From: Eledone cirrhosa
Lineage: Eukaryota
Assembly: GCA_964016885.1 (NCBI GenBank)
Contig: OZ024757.1
Coordinates: forward strand, 12,276,001-12,340,000
Direction: 5' to 3'
Length of the DNA stretch: 64,000 nucleotides
The notes under the pieces: model-generated
What the model saw: the letters and a program-made list of their open reading frames with translations, nothing else
Database searches by the model: none
What the model was told of the DNA's origin: nothing
In this document: in pieces, positions 25,386-38,149 of the stretch
How positions within the stretch are numbered: position 1 is the stretch's first letter
How the letters are laid out: every line of letters starts with the position of its first letter
Position numbers and translations under genes: made by a program

Positions 25386-26949
25386 ATATATATATATATA
25401 TAAATACACACAATATACGTAAAATGTGGAAAGTAATATAAGACTAATCAATGTAAAATAGACGAAAAAGTAAGTTACCTGGTAATCTTTGTCTTGTTTT
25501 TTTTTGTTGTTGCTGTTGTGTTGGTTTTCTGCTGGCATGTGTAGTGTGTATATTGATATTATACACAAATATACATACATGTAGATATGATACCTCAAAT
25601 AAAATTGTATTTGACAATATCCACAAAAATTGAAGAGAGCGTGTTACACTTTCTTCTGTAATCAGTAAAGTAATCCATGATACATTTAAAAAAGATGATA
25701 TTATATATAAACTGCATCCTGGTGAAATTTCATGAAAACGAAAAAGGAGAAAATTAGTGTCGGAAATATAAGCAAATTGATATAGTGTCCATTATATCGT
25801 AGCCGGAAGTATTGACAATTGAAAATTTTAAAAGAACAGAATCTTGAAATAAGCAGGAAAAGATAATGATGGAAACAAGTTTACCTCTGTTATTTCGAAC
25901 TTTTGATATGCCCAGTCCCGAAGTATGATGTTTTCTATGACAAAAAGTGCATTATATTTTGACTCACCCTTGTCATTTCATCATTATCATCATTTCATTT
26001 TACGTCCGCTTTTTCCCTGCTTGCAAGGGTGGGACAGTAACTGATTTTGGCTTGATTTCTACAGCTGGATGCCCTTCCTAACACCAACCTCATTTACAGT
26101 GAGTGCTGTATGTATATATATCCTCATCCTCATCATCTTCGTTTAACGTCCATTTGCCATGCTAGCATGGGTTAGACAGGAGTTGTCCCACTTGAGGGAA
26201 GGTTGGTCGGGTGACCATGTCTCGCTCATATAGGACTATCTGGCAGGTTTTTCTACGGCTGGATGCGCTTCCTAAGACCAACCACATTTACAGTGTGGAA
26301 CTGGGAACTTTTTACCGTGTTACCTACACGACCACATTACAGCGTGGACTGTATATATATATATATATATATTGGAACATGTGTGAGATCCTTGGTACTG
26401 TTAGGTTTATTTTAAGAAAAGGAAAAGAATGACTTCACATGTAGTGTTTAAAAATATTTGATTTAATTTTTAATAATATGAGTTGGTTCTTTGTTAACTT
26501 CGGTGGGAAGAATTTTATAGATTCCTGGTTAACTTGGGTGTATATATATATACAAACATATACATATATATGTATATATATATATACACATCTATATATA
26601 TCTTATACACACATACACACTAAACATACATATATATTATACATATCTTGTACATACACATATATATATCACATACATATATTTTATATGCATACATATA
26701 TATATATATAATCTCCTATACATACATATACATATATTTCATACACATACATATATATACACACCACATATACACATATCTATTTTCTACATACATATAT
26801 ATATATCGTATACACACACCATATATATTTTTTTTGCACATATACCATACATACATTTTATATACACACTATATATATATCCTATACATATATATAGACT
26901 CACATATTTTCTACATACATATATATATATATCCTATACACACATATAT

Positions 26950-27895
26950 CATCATCATCATCAACATTTAACGTAGATCTTCCATGCTAGCATGGGTTAG
27001 ATGGTAATTGTCCCACTTGAGGCAAGATTGATCAGGTGACCTTGTCTTGCTGATATAGGACATCGGGAAGGTGGGTCTTCTGTATTACTGTGTGGCGCCA
27101 AAATCTCGATCCAGTGACATTGTCTTAGAGAGGTCTAAATATACAAGGTCAGATCATGTCGTCCCAGGTTTTTCTGGGGCTACCTACTCCGTAACTTCTA
27201 TCAATTTTGATCGCCCTGCACTTTGTTATACAGCTGTCATCTTTCATGTGCATCACATCACCATACCAACGTAGTCTTCTCTCAAGTAAACAGCATCTGA
27301 TTCCTCTAATCCTAATTTCTCACTTAGTTCGTTTATGTTTTACTGTTCATGTATATTACTATTAAACTTCCAACGGAGCATCCATGCTTCGTTCCTTTCC
27401 AATCTGGGCATGTCCTCTGCACACAATGCCCATGTCTCTATAGAACCATCTACATTCTTAGATAGCTTGCCTGTGATCCCACTACATCTTTTATGTACCC
27501 ATAGTTTGCATTTGGGGCATAGAATGGAATTTCTACCTACTCCTTTCCTACACACTGAGCATGGTCATTTCCCTGTGGGCACCTGTGCCCTATTTTCCTT
27601 TCTACGTACCAGAACTTTAGTCTTAGATAAGTTATCTTTAAGGTCTTTTGATTCTAGGCCATGCTTCCATGTTTGGAATTTGTTCTCTAGTTCAGCCATA
27701 GATTCATCTAAGAGAGTTAGATAATTTGCATATAGAAGTTCCCATGGGCAGCCAGTCTTAAACCCCTCTGTTATAGCCTGAAGGGAAATAACAATCAGGA
27801 GGGGGCTAAGGACGGAGCTTTGATGAACACTTACTTTTATGCTAAATTCTTCAGTTAATATTTACTGTTAATATTAACCTTGCTGACTGTTCCTT
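26950..27895 (-). mobile_element. Decayed RTE LINE (RT C-terminal part)
   Basis: CRKGVGRNSILCPKCKLWVHKRCSG, ETWAL, MLRW, and PWELLYA-like remnants. Confidence 0.75.
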
Positions 27896-28424
27896 TATGG
27901 TCTGAGTTCAAATCCCATCGGGGTTAGCTTTGCCTTTCATCCTTACGTGGTCGATAAAATAAAGTACCTGTAATGAACTGGGGTAATTGCTGGCCTTGTG
28001 CCAAAAGTAGAAACAATTATTAAAAAGTGTGAGATAGTAAATAATAAATTAGAAAGGTATATATATATATATTGATTCGGTCTGTAAGAAGACAGTAGCT
28101 TTTATTAAATATTGGGTTGGTCTGTAACAATCCATCCAACCTATCCAGCACAGAAATACACATGTATGATGGTGATGATGATAATATCAGTTTTATATTC
28201 ATAATTTCTTTTTTTCGCTATTTACAACTTATTTTTGAGACTTTACTTACATTTATGTAAAAATAAAAATGTTTTTATCAATAATATTCCATTATTTCAG
28301 ATTCCCAATTACCAGTTTCTAATACAAAACCAATGAAATCGACGAAAGTGATTATAAAATACGTAAGTTAAATGTACTATTTTATTAGGTCCATACAATA
28401 TTATATATACTGTATATACTCATA

Positions 28425-29615
28425 TATTTTGTTGACCTTCAGAAGGCATATGACTACGTTCCTTGGCCACCTGCTGTGGTAGGCTGTGCAGGAGTATGTG
28501 ATTGATAGTCAACTTCTTGCTGCCCTGATGTCTCTATATCAATGCCTGAGTATCTATGTTGGGATAAATGGTCTTAAATCGAAACCATTCAATGTGGGAG
28601 TTGGACTCCACCAAGGGTGTATACTGTCAACTCTCCTGTTTGTTATTTACATGAACAAGATTGATATACGCAGCTGGGTTGGAAGTGGTATCATGACTGG
28701 CGGCTGTGAAATCACTTGGCTGGAATTTGATGATGACATGGTGTTATTTAACTCGACAGAAGATGATATTTGACCTGCACTTGATAGGTTTGTTGCCGAG
28801 TGCTGCATGGCTGGAATGAAAATCAGTACTGTGAAAACTGAGACACTTGTCCTCTCATGGAAGCCAGTGCAGTGTACTCTACATGTGAATGGAGTTCCAC
28901 TGAAGCAGGTATAGAAGTTCAAGTATCTTGGGGCCATGTTCACGAGCGATGGTAGGAAGGAGGCTGAATTAAGTGTAAGAATTACAAAGGCTGGTACAGT
29001 AATATGCCAGCTTCATTAATCAGGAGGTAGGAAGAAGTAAAAGCCAAACTCACTGTTTCAATTCGACATTCATGCCAACCCTTACCTAGGGTCATGAATC
29101 ATGGATAATGACCAAAAAAATACAATCGTGAATGGGGTTCCTCCGAAGGGTCTTTGTAGTATTGTTACTCGATAGAGTGTGTAGCTCAGAGATCAGAAAG
29201 TCACTCCGAGTAGAGCTGCTACTTCTCTGAATTGAGAGATCACAGCTCCGATACTATAGGCATGGGGCTAGAATGGGATACTTCCGAAGGGTCTTTTGAA
29301 TAACGTTACTCGATAAAGTGCATAGCTTAGAGATCAGTTATTGCAGGTAGAGCAACTACTTCTCTGAATTGAGAGATCACAGCGTCAATATTCTGGGCAT
29401 GAGGTTAGAATGTCTCAGGAAAGAATCGCTGGACAGATGTTATGGGTAAAACAACCAGCAAAAGACCCAGGGGTAGATCCCGAATAAGACGTGCTTGGGC
29501 ATGCAGCTGGATCAGTTGGAGATGGTTGCTTCTGACAGGACCCACTGGAAGGAGAGTTTGAGGACTCTACATCCTGACCCTATCAGGAATAAGTGGGCAA
29601 AGAAGAAAACAGATG
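28425..29615 (+). mobile_element. Decayed RTE LINE RT fragment
   Basis: FVDLQKAYD, GLHQGCILS.LLFVIYM, FDDDMV, FKYLG remnants. Confidence 0.8.
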
Positions 29616-29814
29616 AAATGGTAAAATATCATTACGTAATGGAGTTGTGAAACAAAAACTATATTCTAAAAGACACTTAAAACATTTTAAAGATTAAAAT
29701 ACTAAAACTTCATAAATATATTTTATACTCATGAGAATTTCAAAGCCACACCACCTAAACTTGTGTTGATTAGCTGCCTTGGCTTACAAATGGGGTTTAT
29801 AATATATATATTCT

Positions 29815-30680
29815 TCTTTGCTGATATTTTCCTGGGAGGGGGGCAGTGCGGGCAGATTTCTCAAGTACTCCTTTCAATGGGTCCTGTCAGAAGCAACTAT
29901 CTCCAACTGATCCAGCTGAATGCCCAAGTGAAACCAGCCAAGCTCATGGATGTTATCCAACCATCTTGCTCAGGGTCTACCCCAGGTACTACTGATGGTT
30001 GGCTTTGCTCATAAAATTTTTTCAGCAATTCTTTCCTGAGACATTCTAACCTCATGTCTGTAGTATCAGAGTTGAGATCTCACAATTCGGAGAAGTAGCG
30101 GCTCTACCTGGAGTGACTCTCTGATCTCCGTGTTACTCATTCTATTGAGTAACATTGCTCCAAAGACCCTTCAAAGGATCCCCATTTCAGCCAATAGTAT
30201 TTGCAATCATATTCTTTCGATCATTAAACAAGATTCATGACGATAGTTAAGGGTTGGCACCTAAACAAATTGAAGATATCGAGTTCAGCTTTCACACATA
30301 CCTCCTTTCTTCTAATCACCAAATGCTGAATCTGACACGTTACTGCACCAGTTCCTGTAATTCTTACACTAAATTCAGCCTCCTACCTTCCATCACTCAT
30401 GAACATATCTCTGAGATACTTGAACTCTTCCACCTGCTTCAGTGTAACTCTATTCTCTTGTGGAGTGCACTAAACAGGCTTCCTTGAGAGGATGAGTGTC
30501 TCAGTCTTTGCATCACTGATTTTCATTCCTGCCGTGCAGCACTTGGCATCAAATCTGTCAAATGCATATCAGAGATCACCTTCTCTTGAGTTAAGTAGTA
30601 CGATGACGTCTGCAAAATCAGCCGACTGATCTTACACTCACCAGTCTTGATACCTCTTCCAACTTGGCTGTGCATGAGCC
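29815..30680 (-). mobile_element. Decayed RTE LINE, same family as 28425-29615, opposite orientation
   Basis: Reverse-complement similarity to 28670-29600. Confidence 0.7.
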
Positions 30681-33600
30681 CATAATTATTTGTTGATCTG
30701 AAGTTGGATTCCAGCTTAACCCCAAATATTTTCCGTGTCTTAATTTTAGACACCTGACTGTCGTCTCTGCTGTGACTTTTCATGCCTGCTTGTCCTGCAA
30801 GTGCAAGAAGAAGGACTTATTTCCAAGCCACCGTCTTTGTTTGAATGGCATGTGTGACCACTTGAGCACCAAGGGGTGCTCCAAGTTGGCAATACTTCTT
30901 ATATATATTCATTGGCAATACTTATATTCTGTGTAACTACATTTTCTCACTAGGACTGTCTTCATACAATACATGTAATATCATATTTTTCTCGTTAACA
31001 TTTATTTTTAGTGATTATTCTCATTGTTGGTCATATTTGCCAAATAAACAGCTGGATTTAATATATTTAGAGAAAATGATGTTTTCTTATTAATCCATTT
31101 ATTCGAAAAACTAATATTTTCACAAAACTAATCAATATTTCTTTTTCCTATATTTCATTTTAGATTTGGTAAATTTATCTGAAAATCTTGAAATTGTGAA
31201 GGTGTTTGGAATTACATTCATACACATAACACATATACACACACACATATATATACATATATATAACCAGTTGTAGAAGTAGAGAAAAACAATGGAGGCT
31301 GCAGAAATAGATATTGTAGAAGACCAAATTATAAGTACACAGTTACCCCAAGTAGCATATGACAGGGATGATTTGGTGATTCCACTACAAAAGACTATTA
31401 GTGAAAATAAATCTAAGGTAAAAGTGTTAACTGAAATCCCCTTGAAGAAAGATATCACAGTACCATGCCAAATATTATATAAACCTGTTCCTCCAGTAGT
31501 AAACACTGTAAAAGTTACTGTAGAAGACACTGTAGAAGATTACCCTCTACCATTAAAATATATTGTACCTATAATGAATGGTACTATGAGCTATATCCCA
31601 CGTATATTAACACTAAAGTACACACCACCAACTGGCTGTTGTCGTATGGTACTCTGTCAATCAGTGGTCACTGATATCGATAGGTTTAACCAAAATGTGG
31701 TAATTGCCACATTACCATTTGACAATCAAATTCTGTTCTTCTCACCCTCTAGTGTTGCAATAAAAACTCTTGAAGTCGGCTTTCATAAAATTTCATATTA
31801 TAAAGATAGTAGATTCCTAGGTTTTAAATTATTAGAAAAAAAAATATATATGGTAAATTGGATTGAAAAAACATATACTGAGCAATTTGAGGTGAAACAT
31901 GAGCCGAGAAGTATAGCCATAGGGCCAGACGATCGTGTTTTAGTAATATTTTATAATTTAACCGTTATAATCTGTTATGATCTGAATGGTCATAAATTAT
32001 TTCAATTTCACCTCCATTCTAAGGACATTCCTGCTGACATCACCGTTTTCAGGAATTATTTTTATGTATTTCAAGGGCAGGTTATTTATAAGATCTCCTC
32101 AATAGGTGGCATCTCTCAAAAGGATATTGGGATAAACACTCAACATATTACATTTGACTTAAATAATATGTTTGTATCTGATGTTTCTGGTCAGATATAT
32201 TGTTTTAAGACAAAAAGGTTTTGGCCAAAGATGTCTTATTATCAAAAGACCCAAACACCCTGCCTGAATGACAAAATTAATATAGAGTACCCTAACAAGA
32301 TATGTGAGATTCTGCCTATGTCACGATCTTCTGTATTAGTTGTATACAGGGATCTGAAAGCTATACTATACACTTACAGTGGGACAGAATTGTGTAGAGG
32401 TAAGGAATTAATATTTAAGTCCAAACCATCTAGATTTTGCAGAATAGACTCCAGCAAATTTCTGGTTCTATTCAATAAAACTAGAACTATACAACATATT
32501 ACATGTCCTGAACTAAAAGAAGGTAATCGCTATTGTTTAGATAAGAATTACATTCAAATATGTCATGTAGTATTAGATAGGTTTATGGCTTTGACCACTT
32601 GTGGAATGAATGAGGTCCATAAATTAAAGATTGAGGAAGACAAGGTAGAATGTGAAATACTAAAGTCATTAGAACATGGTGATGTCAGTATAGCTACAAC
32701 TCCAACTTATTTTGTTATTTTAGATAAGAAATATCGTAAATTAATATTTCATTCTAGTTTCGGTGAAGAAGAACTTTTCGAAACATATTTTGATTTTAAC
32801 AGCCGTCCCTATCATATCTACTCAGACACTTTTTACTTGTATGTTGTCTTCCCTACACTCTCTATTATGGCATGTTATGATATTTATGGAGAATATAAAT
32901 GGAAATTAAAACTTCCGGTAGCTTCTCGCTTTTGTAATGGTATTTGTGAAGGAACTATATATCTATTTGACCATAACCTAGGGAGTATTCTTGTTTACAA
33001 TTGTGAATCATCCATTTGTCATTTAAAAAAGTTAAATCCTTATATCAGAAATCCAACGATACGACACAAAGAAAAGGATGATAATAAAATTGCGATTGCT
33101 GAAACATGTTATCTACCCAACGGACAGTTGGTGGTGTCTGACATAAATAATTCTTGCTTATTATACATTTCTAAGAAAGAAGGAGAAGAAATAAAAGTGC
33201 TATCTACATTATATCTGCCATCTGTAGCTACAGATATATGTAGATGGGGTTCTAGTCAATTGGCTGTCACATTACCCATAGAGAAAGAATTAAGGCTTAT
33301 TGGAAACCTATCAAAAACAGTTAGAATGATATCATTAAACCACCCTTATGTACAGATACGGAAGTTTTGTGAGGGTAGAATTGTTGGTTATTGTGACAAC
33401 AAACCAAACTATATAGACATTGTATCTGTTCAAAAACATAACCAGGGTGAAGTAATGTCTAGGGTCCCTATTCCATGTCAAATAAACTCATTAGCAATAG
33501 ACAATGATACATTAAATATATTTATGGTGGCTAAGAAAAAAAATATTTATGTACGAAACTATATCAAAAAAGGGTCAACGAGGTATTTTAAGTGGTCCCA

Positions 33601-35756
33601 GCCCTATTTCGGAGCCCAACTTTAAACCACTTTCTGATCTATATGGTGGATGTATTGATAACACTTGTCATTATCTGATAGACAAATATGGTGTGTTGGC
33701 TATAAATAGACATAACTCTGTGATGGTAGATCTGGTGACAAGGAAACAGTCTAACATGTTTATTGACATGGTAGATGTATTTTCTAGAAACATGTGTTAG
33801 TGAAATGTTTTCTTCTACATTATATCTGCAGGATCTGACAGTTTCTGATAAAGCTAAGAAATGTTCACCTCCTCCTTGTTTGGAATACACAGAACCAGTG
33901 GGTTGTTATGGTGGTCGTGGTCGTGGTCGTTATGGTGAGAAGGAGAAGAAGTGTTTGGTTGTTGTTACTGAAAATAACCTGATTGCATTATATGACGACA
34001 ATAACAACAACATTAAAATATTAACATTTGATGGTCAAATTGTTGACTTTATCAAATTAAATAACAATCTCCCTAAACATATATGTCGTTGGGGGTCAAA
34101 CACACTGGTCATTACCACTGATACTGACAAGCTGTTAACTTTAGAAGTGGAGTTTCCATTGTATTTGGTAAGTTATAAGACAGACCATAGCTATTATGGT
34201 ATAGCTTCTTTGTTAGACAACCAACTAGTGTGTAGTAGTGTAGAGAGATATAGATATATATATAGAGGTAGAGATAGATATATAGGTAGACATAGATTGT
34301 TTGTCATTGATATTGATGAAATACATTCAACTGTGGATGTAAAGAAAGAAATAAACATACCTGAGTTCATCAAAGACATAGAATATAGATATGATAGAAA
34401 TCCCACCTCTGATATTGTAGTTAATGTTAAGAATGATATTATATTTCACAATAGTAGATATATCACTTTCTTCAGATATAAAACTGGTTATTTACATTCA
34501 CACAGACAATATTATTATGACACACCACCAAACACCTGTATAACAACAGATGACAATTATGTGTACATTTATGGACAGTGGAGATTATATAACTACTACA
34601 ATGATGACAGAGATTCCCAGATTGTTTGTTTGTCACAGACTGGTAAATACAGGGAAATAATTTTAAATAAAAGAAATTATAGACATCACATATATTTCAC
34701 CAGTATTAACTGTAAAGGTCCAAGGTTTGTTGGATATGACTGGAAGAGAAAGTGTTTATATGTTGAAGGTTTATATGAACTTAATAGGGAAACATTCCCT
34801 GTTTGTCGTGTAAAAACAGACCAAAGCTCTAGTGAAATAAACGATATGGATATCACTGATGATGGACAAGCAGTTGTCTATGAAATAACCAATTATGGTA
34901 ACGTTAAAATATTTCAGAGAGATGGGGAACTGTTATGTCACAGAAATTTTGAAACTTTAGTTGGTGGGGTCTGTTTTACAGAAGAAGGAGGATTTATTAT
35001 GGTTACACTGCCTAATGAATATCAATTAATTCAACTAAAGAAGGAAGATTTGACAGAATATCATGTTTGGTCCAGTTCTCTACCTTATGGTGTTATATCG
35101 AGGATAAAAGAAAATATTTACTTCTGTCGACATATCAACTTGACAGAATATCATATGATAAAGATTGATGACAACAAACTGAATGTTCTGGGACATGGGA
35201 CATTACATCTGGATTATCATCTGCCTCAAGCAAGATGTACTACTACTACTTCAGCTGAAATAATTAACAATTTACTAGAGGTGAGACGTGGTAATTACAA
35301 GGCAGAGTGTATCTCAGGAAATGATGAAATATCAGTGAGATTTTTACCACATGTTATGAACATATCTTATATTTCCTATCCCATGTATTCTGATATATCT
35401 AAATATACTGAGAGATGTCAGGTTTATGATGAGGAATATTTTAAGGAATATCAGAGGGACATGATCAACTACAGTAAACTAATTATGTTACATGACAATG
35501 TGGCAGTGTTCATGTTGAGGAATATTCTCACAGTAACAACAACAGAAGGTAAAATAATCCATGGCAAAATATTACCAGAAACACCAATAGACATTTGCAG
35601 ATGGTCAGATAATTGTTTTATTCTCCTTTACTATCATAAAATGGTGATTTACAGAGAAAATATTTCTCACATTAAAAAGGTGAAACTTGAGAAATACTAC
35701 AACCATATCTATAAAAAGAATGGCAACCAACTTGTGTGTAGTTGATGGTGTTAGAC

Positions 35757-36002
35757 ATATGTTTAAATATAACAGTGAGGTATATGGTGGTGATGATGAT
35801 GATATGTTTAAATATAACAGTGAGGTACATGGTGGTGATGGTGGTGGTATGTTTAAATATAACAGTGAGGTATATGGTGGTGGTGGTATATTTAAATATA
35901 ACAGTGAGGTATATGGTGGTGGTGGTGGTGGTATGTTTAAATATAACAGTGAGGTATATGGTGATGGTGGTGGTGGTGTTGGTGGTAGTATGTTTAAATA
36001 TG
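35757..36002 (+). repeat. Coding minisatellite ATGTTTAAATATAACAGTGAGGTATAT(GGT)n (MFKYNSEVYG-rich), 5 copies plus a partial
   Basis: Direct read. Spacers vary in whole codons. Confidence 0.9.
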
Positions 36003-36084
36003 ACCCTGGGGACTCTCCTTATGTAGATATAGTTGATATCTACAGTGGAACAGTGAAATACAGTGTTGAAGTGTCTGTTAGAGA

Positions 36085-36470
36085 CGAGGAGAAGGTGGAG
36101 GAGTTGAGGAGGGTGGTGGGGGAGTTGTTGAGGGTGGTGGAGGAGAGGAGGAGGGTGGAGGAGGAGAGGGAGAAGGTGGAGGGGGAGTTGGGGAGGGTGG
36201 AGGGTGAGATGGAGAGGTTGAGGAGGGACAATGAGAAGATGAAGGAGGTCCATGACAGGTTAAAGAAGGACTATGACAGGTTAAAGAAGGAGGATGACAG
36301 GTTAAAGAAGGAGGTAGACAGGTGAAAGAAGGAGGTAGACAGGTTAAAGAAGGAGGTAGATAGGTTAGAGGAGGAGGAAGACAGGTTAAAGAAGGAGGTA
36401 GACAGGTTAAAGAAGGAGGTAGACAAGTTAAAGAAGGAGGTAGACAGGTTAGAGAAGGAGGGAGACATGT
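36085..36470 (+). repeat. 21-bp coding repeat (heptad coiled coil, DRLKKEV)
   Basis: GACAGGTTAAAGAAGGAGGTA units. One unit has TTA>TGA. Confidence 0.9.
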
Positions 36471-36906
36471 TAGAGCAGGAGGTAGTGTGGGCGGAGAGAG
36501 TCTCAGCAGTTGGTGTCACATCAAGTGAAGACATTGTTGTTGTCAAGTTAGAGAAGAGGTGGTGGGGGTCGCACACTTATATCTGTTGGTACAGAGAAGA
36601 ACAGTTAGTCAGGACATTAGAAACACCACAACTACCACATAATATATATAACAGACTATATCTCACAACACATAGTCAAAATATTTATATATCACCACCA
36701 CCAGACAATAGAGACCCTACCAATATCTACCAAGTATCTGTAGACAGTAACCTCCAAGTAATTCTCAGTGAAGAAGATTCTGGAGTTTACTTCGTTAATG
36801 GCCTCCAAATCTCTGACAAGTTTATCACAGTTTTTGGACATCTTGCACAGAGGAACATTTTGTTTTCTTTCAATATGAGAGATAAATATTTTCATACTTT
36901 ACACAC

Positions 36907-36909
36907 TTG

Positions 36910-36941
<32 letters not shown>

Positions 36942-37700
36942 GGTTGTGGTGGTGGTGGCGGTGGTGGTGGTGGTGGTGGTGGTGGTGGTGGTGTGGTGGT
37001 GATGATGGTGGTGGTGGTAGTGGTGGTGGTGGTGTGGTGGTGTGGTGGTGATGGTGGTGGTGTTGTTGTTGATGGTGGTGGTGGTGTTAGTGTTGGTGGT
37101 GGTGGTGTTGTTGGTGGTGGTGTGGTGGTGGTGGTGTTGTTGGTGGTGGTGGTGTTGTTGTTGGTGGTGTTGTTGTTGGTGGTGGTGTTGTTGGTGGTGT
37201 GGTGGTGTTGTTGGTGGTGTGGTGGTGTTGGTGGTGATGGTGGTAGTGGTGGTGGTGGTGATGGTGGTGGTGTTGTTGTTGGTGGTGGTGGTGTTGGTGT
37301 TGGTGGTGTTGTTGTTGGTGATGGTGGTGGTGGGGTTTTATTTTTGGTGGTGGTGTTGTTGTTATTCCAGTTGTTGTTGTTGTTCCAGTTGTTGTTATTC
37401 CAGTTGTTGTTGTTGTTATTCCAGTTGTTGTTGTTGTTATTCCAGTTGTTGTTGTTGTTATTCCAGTTGTTTTTGTTGTTCCAGTTGTTGTTATTCCAGT
37501 TGTTGTTATTCCGGTGTTGTTGTTGTTGTTCCAGTTGTTATTCCAGTTGTTGTTGTTATTCCAGTTGTTGTTATTCCAGTTGTTGTTGTTATTCCAGTTG
37601 TTGTTGTTGTTATTCCAGTTGTTGTTATTCCAGTTGTTGTTGTTATTCCAGTTGTTGTTGTTATTCCAGTTGTTGTTGTTTTATTCCAGTTGTTGTTGTC
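36907..37700. repeat. (GGT)n/(GTT)n array, then TTCCA(GTT)nA minisatellite
   Basis: Direct read. Confidence 0.95.
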
Positions 37701-38149
37701 TTGTCTCTAAAAACTACTCAAGGTAGAAATCAGACAATAAAATCGAGACTTAATCATTATAAGACAGTCAGTGAAATATATCCATCACAGATAAGTGTAC
37801 ATTAAGATATATCAAAGGTTAAGACTACAGACAATCTACACTGAATGTAAGATTACAGAATTCGTTGAGAATCTAATTAAATTTAATAAAAAATTAAACC
37901 AAAGTCGCTGATAAAGATCGATATATTTCCCTCCTATGTCTTCTCCACCAAATCAGAATATATTTCACCAGATAACAGCGAAATTAGGTATTTTGGGACA
38001 GATCGTCAGTGAGGGGATTTCAAATTACCTTATCTCACTCAATACACGGTTGAAAGTGGACAAACTCATGTATATATATATTTATATATTTATATATATA
38101 CATATATGTGTGTGTGTGTGTATATGTATATATATTGTTATATATGTTT

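Larger units (their letters stand above)
31292..36905 (+). pseudogene. Disrupted, apparently intronless gene of about 1,870 codons: tandem beta-propeller (NHL/TolB-like) domains with an inserted coiled coil
   Basis: ORFs 31292-33625, 33549-33800, 33775-35745, 35687-36325 and 36467+ join through frameshifts at about 33540, 33795 and 35740 and a TGA at 36323. Recurrent motifs (D/H)ICRW(G/S), LPNGQLVVSD, ITDDGQAVVY, IAIGPDDRVLV. Fold is inferred. Confidence 0.7.

Noticed and set aside
28425-30680. Tail-to-tail RTE pair as one palindromic event
   Set aside because: Opposite polarity to the PLE pattern, highly diverged and separated by unique DNA, so likely independent insertions.
36323-36325. 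In-frame TGA as selenocysteine or programmed readthrough (also 21535)
   Set aside because: Explained by single substitutions (TTA>TGA, probable CGA>TGA). No SECIS recognised.
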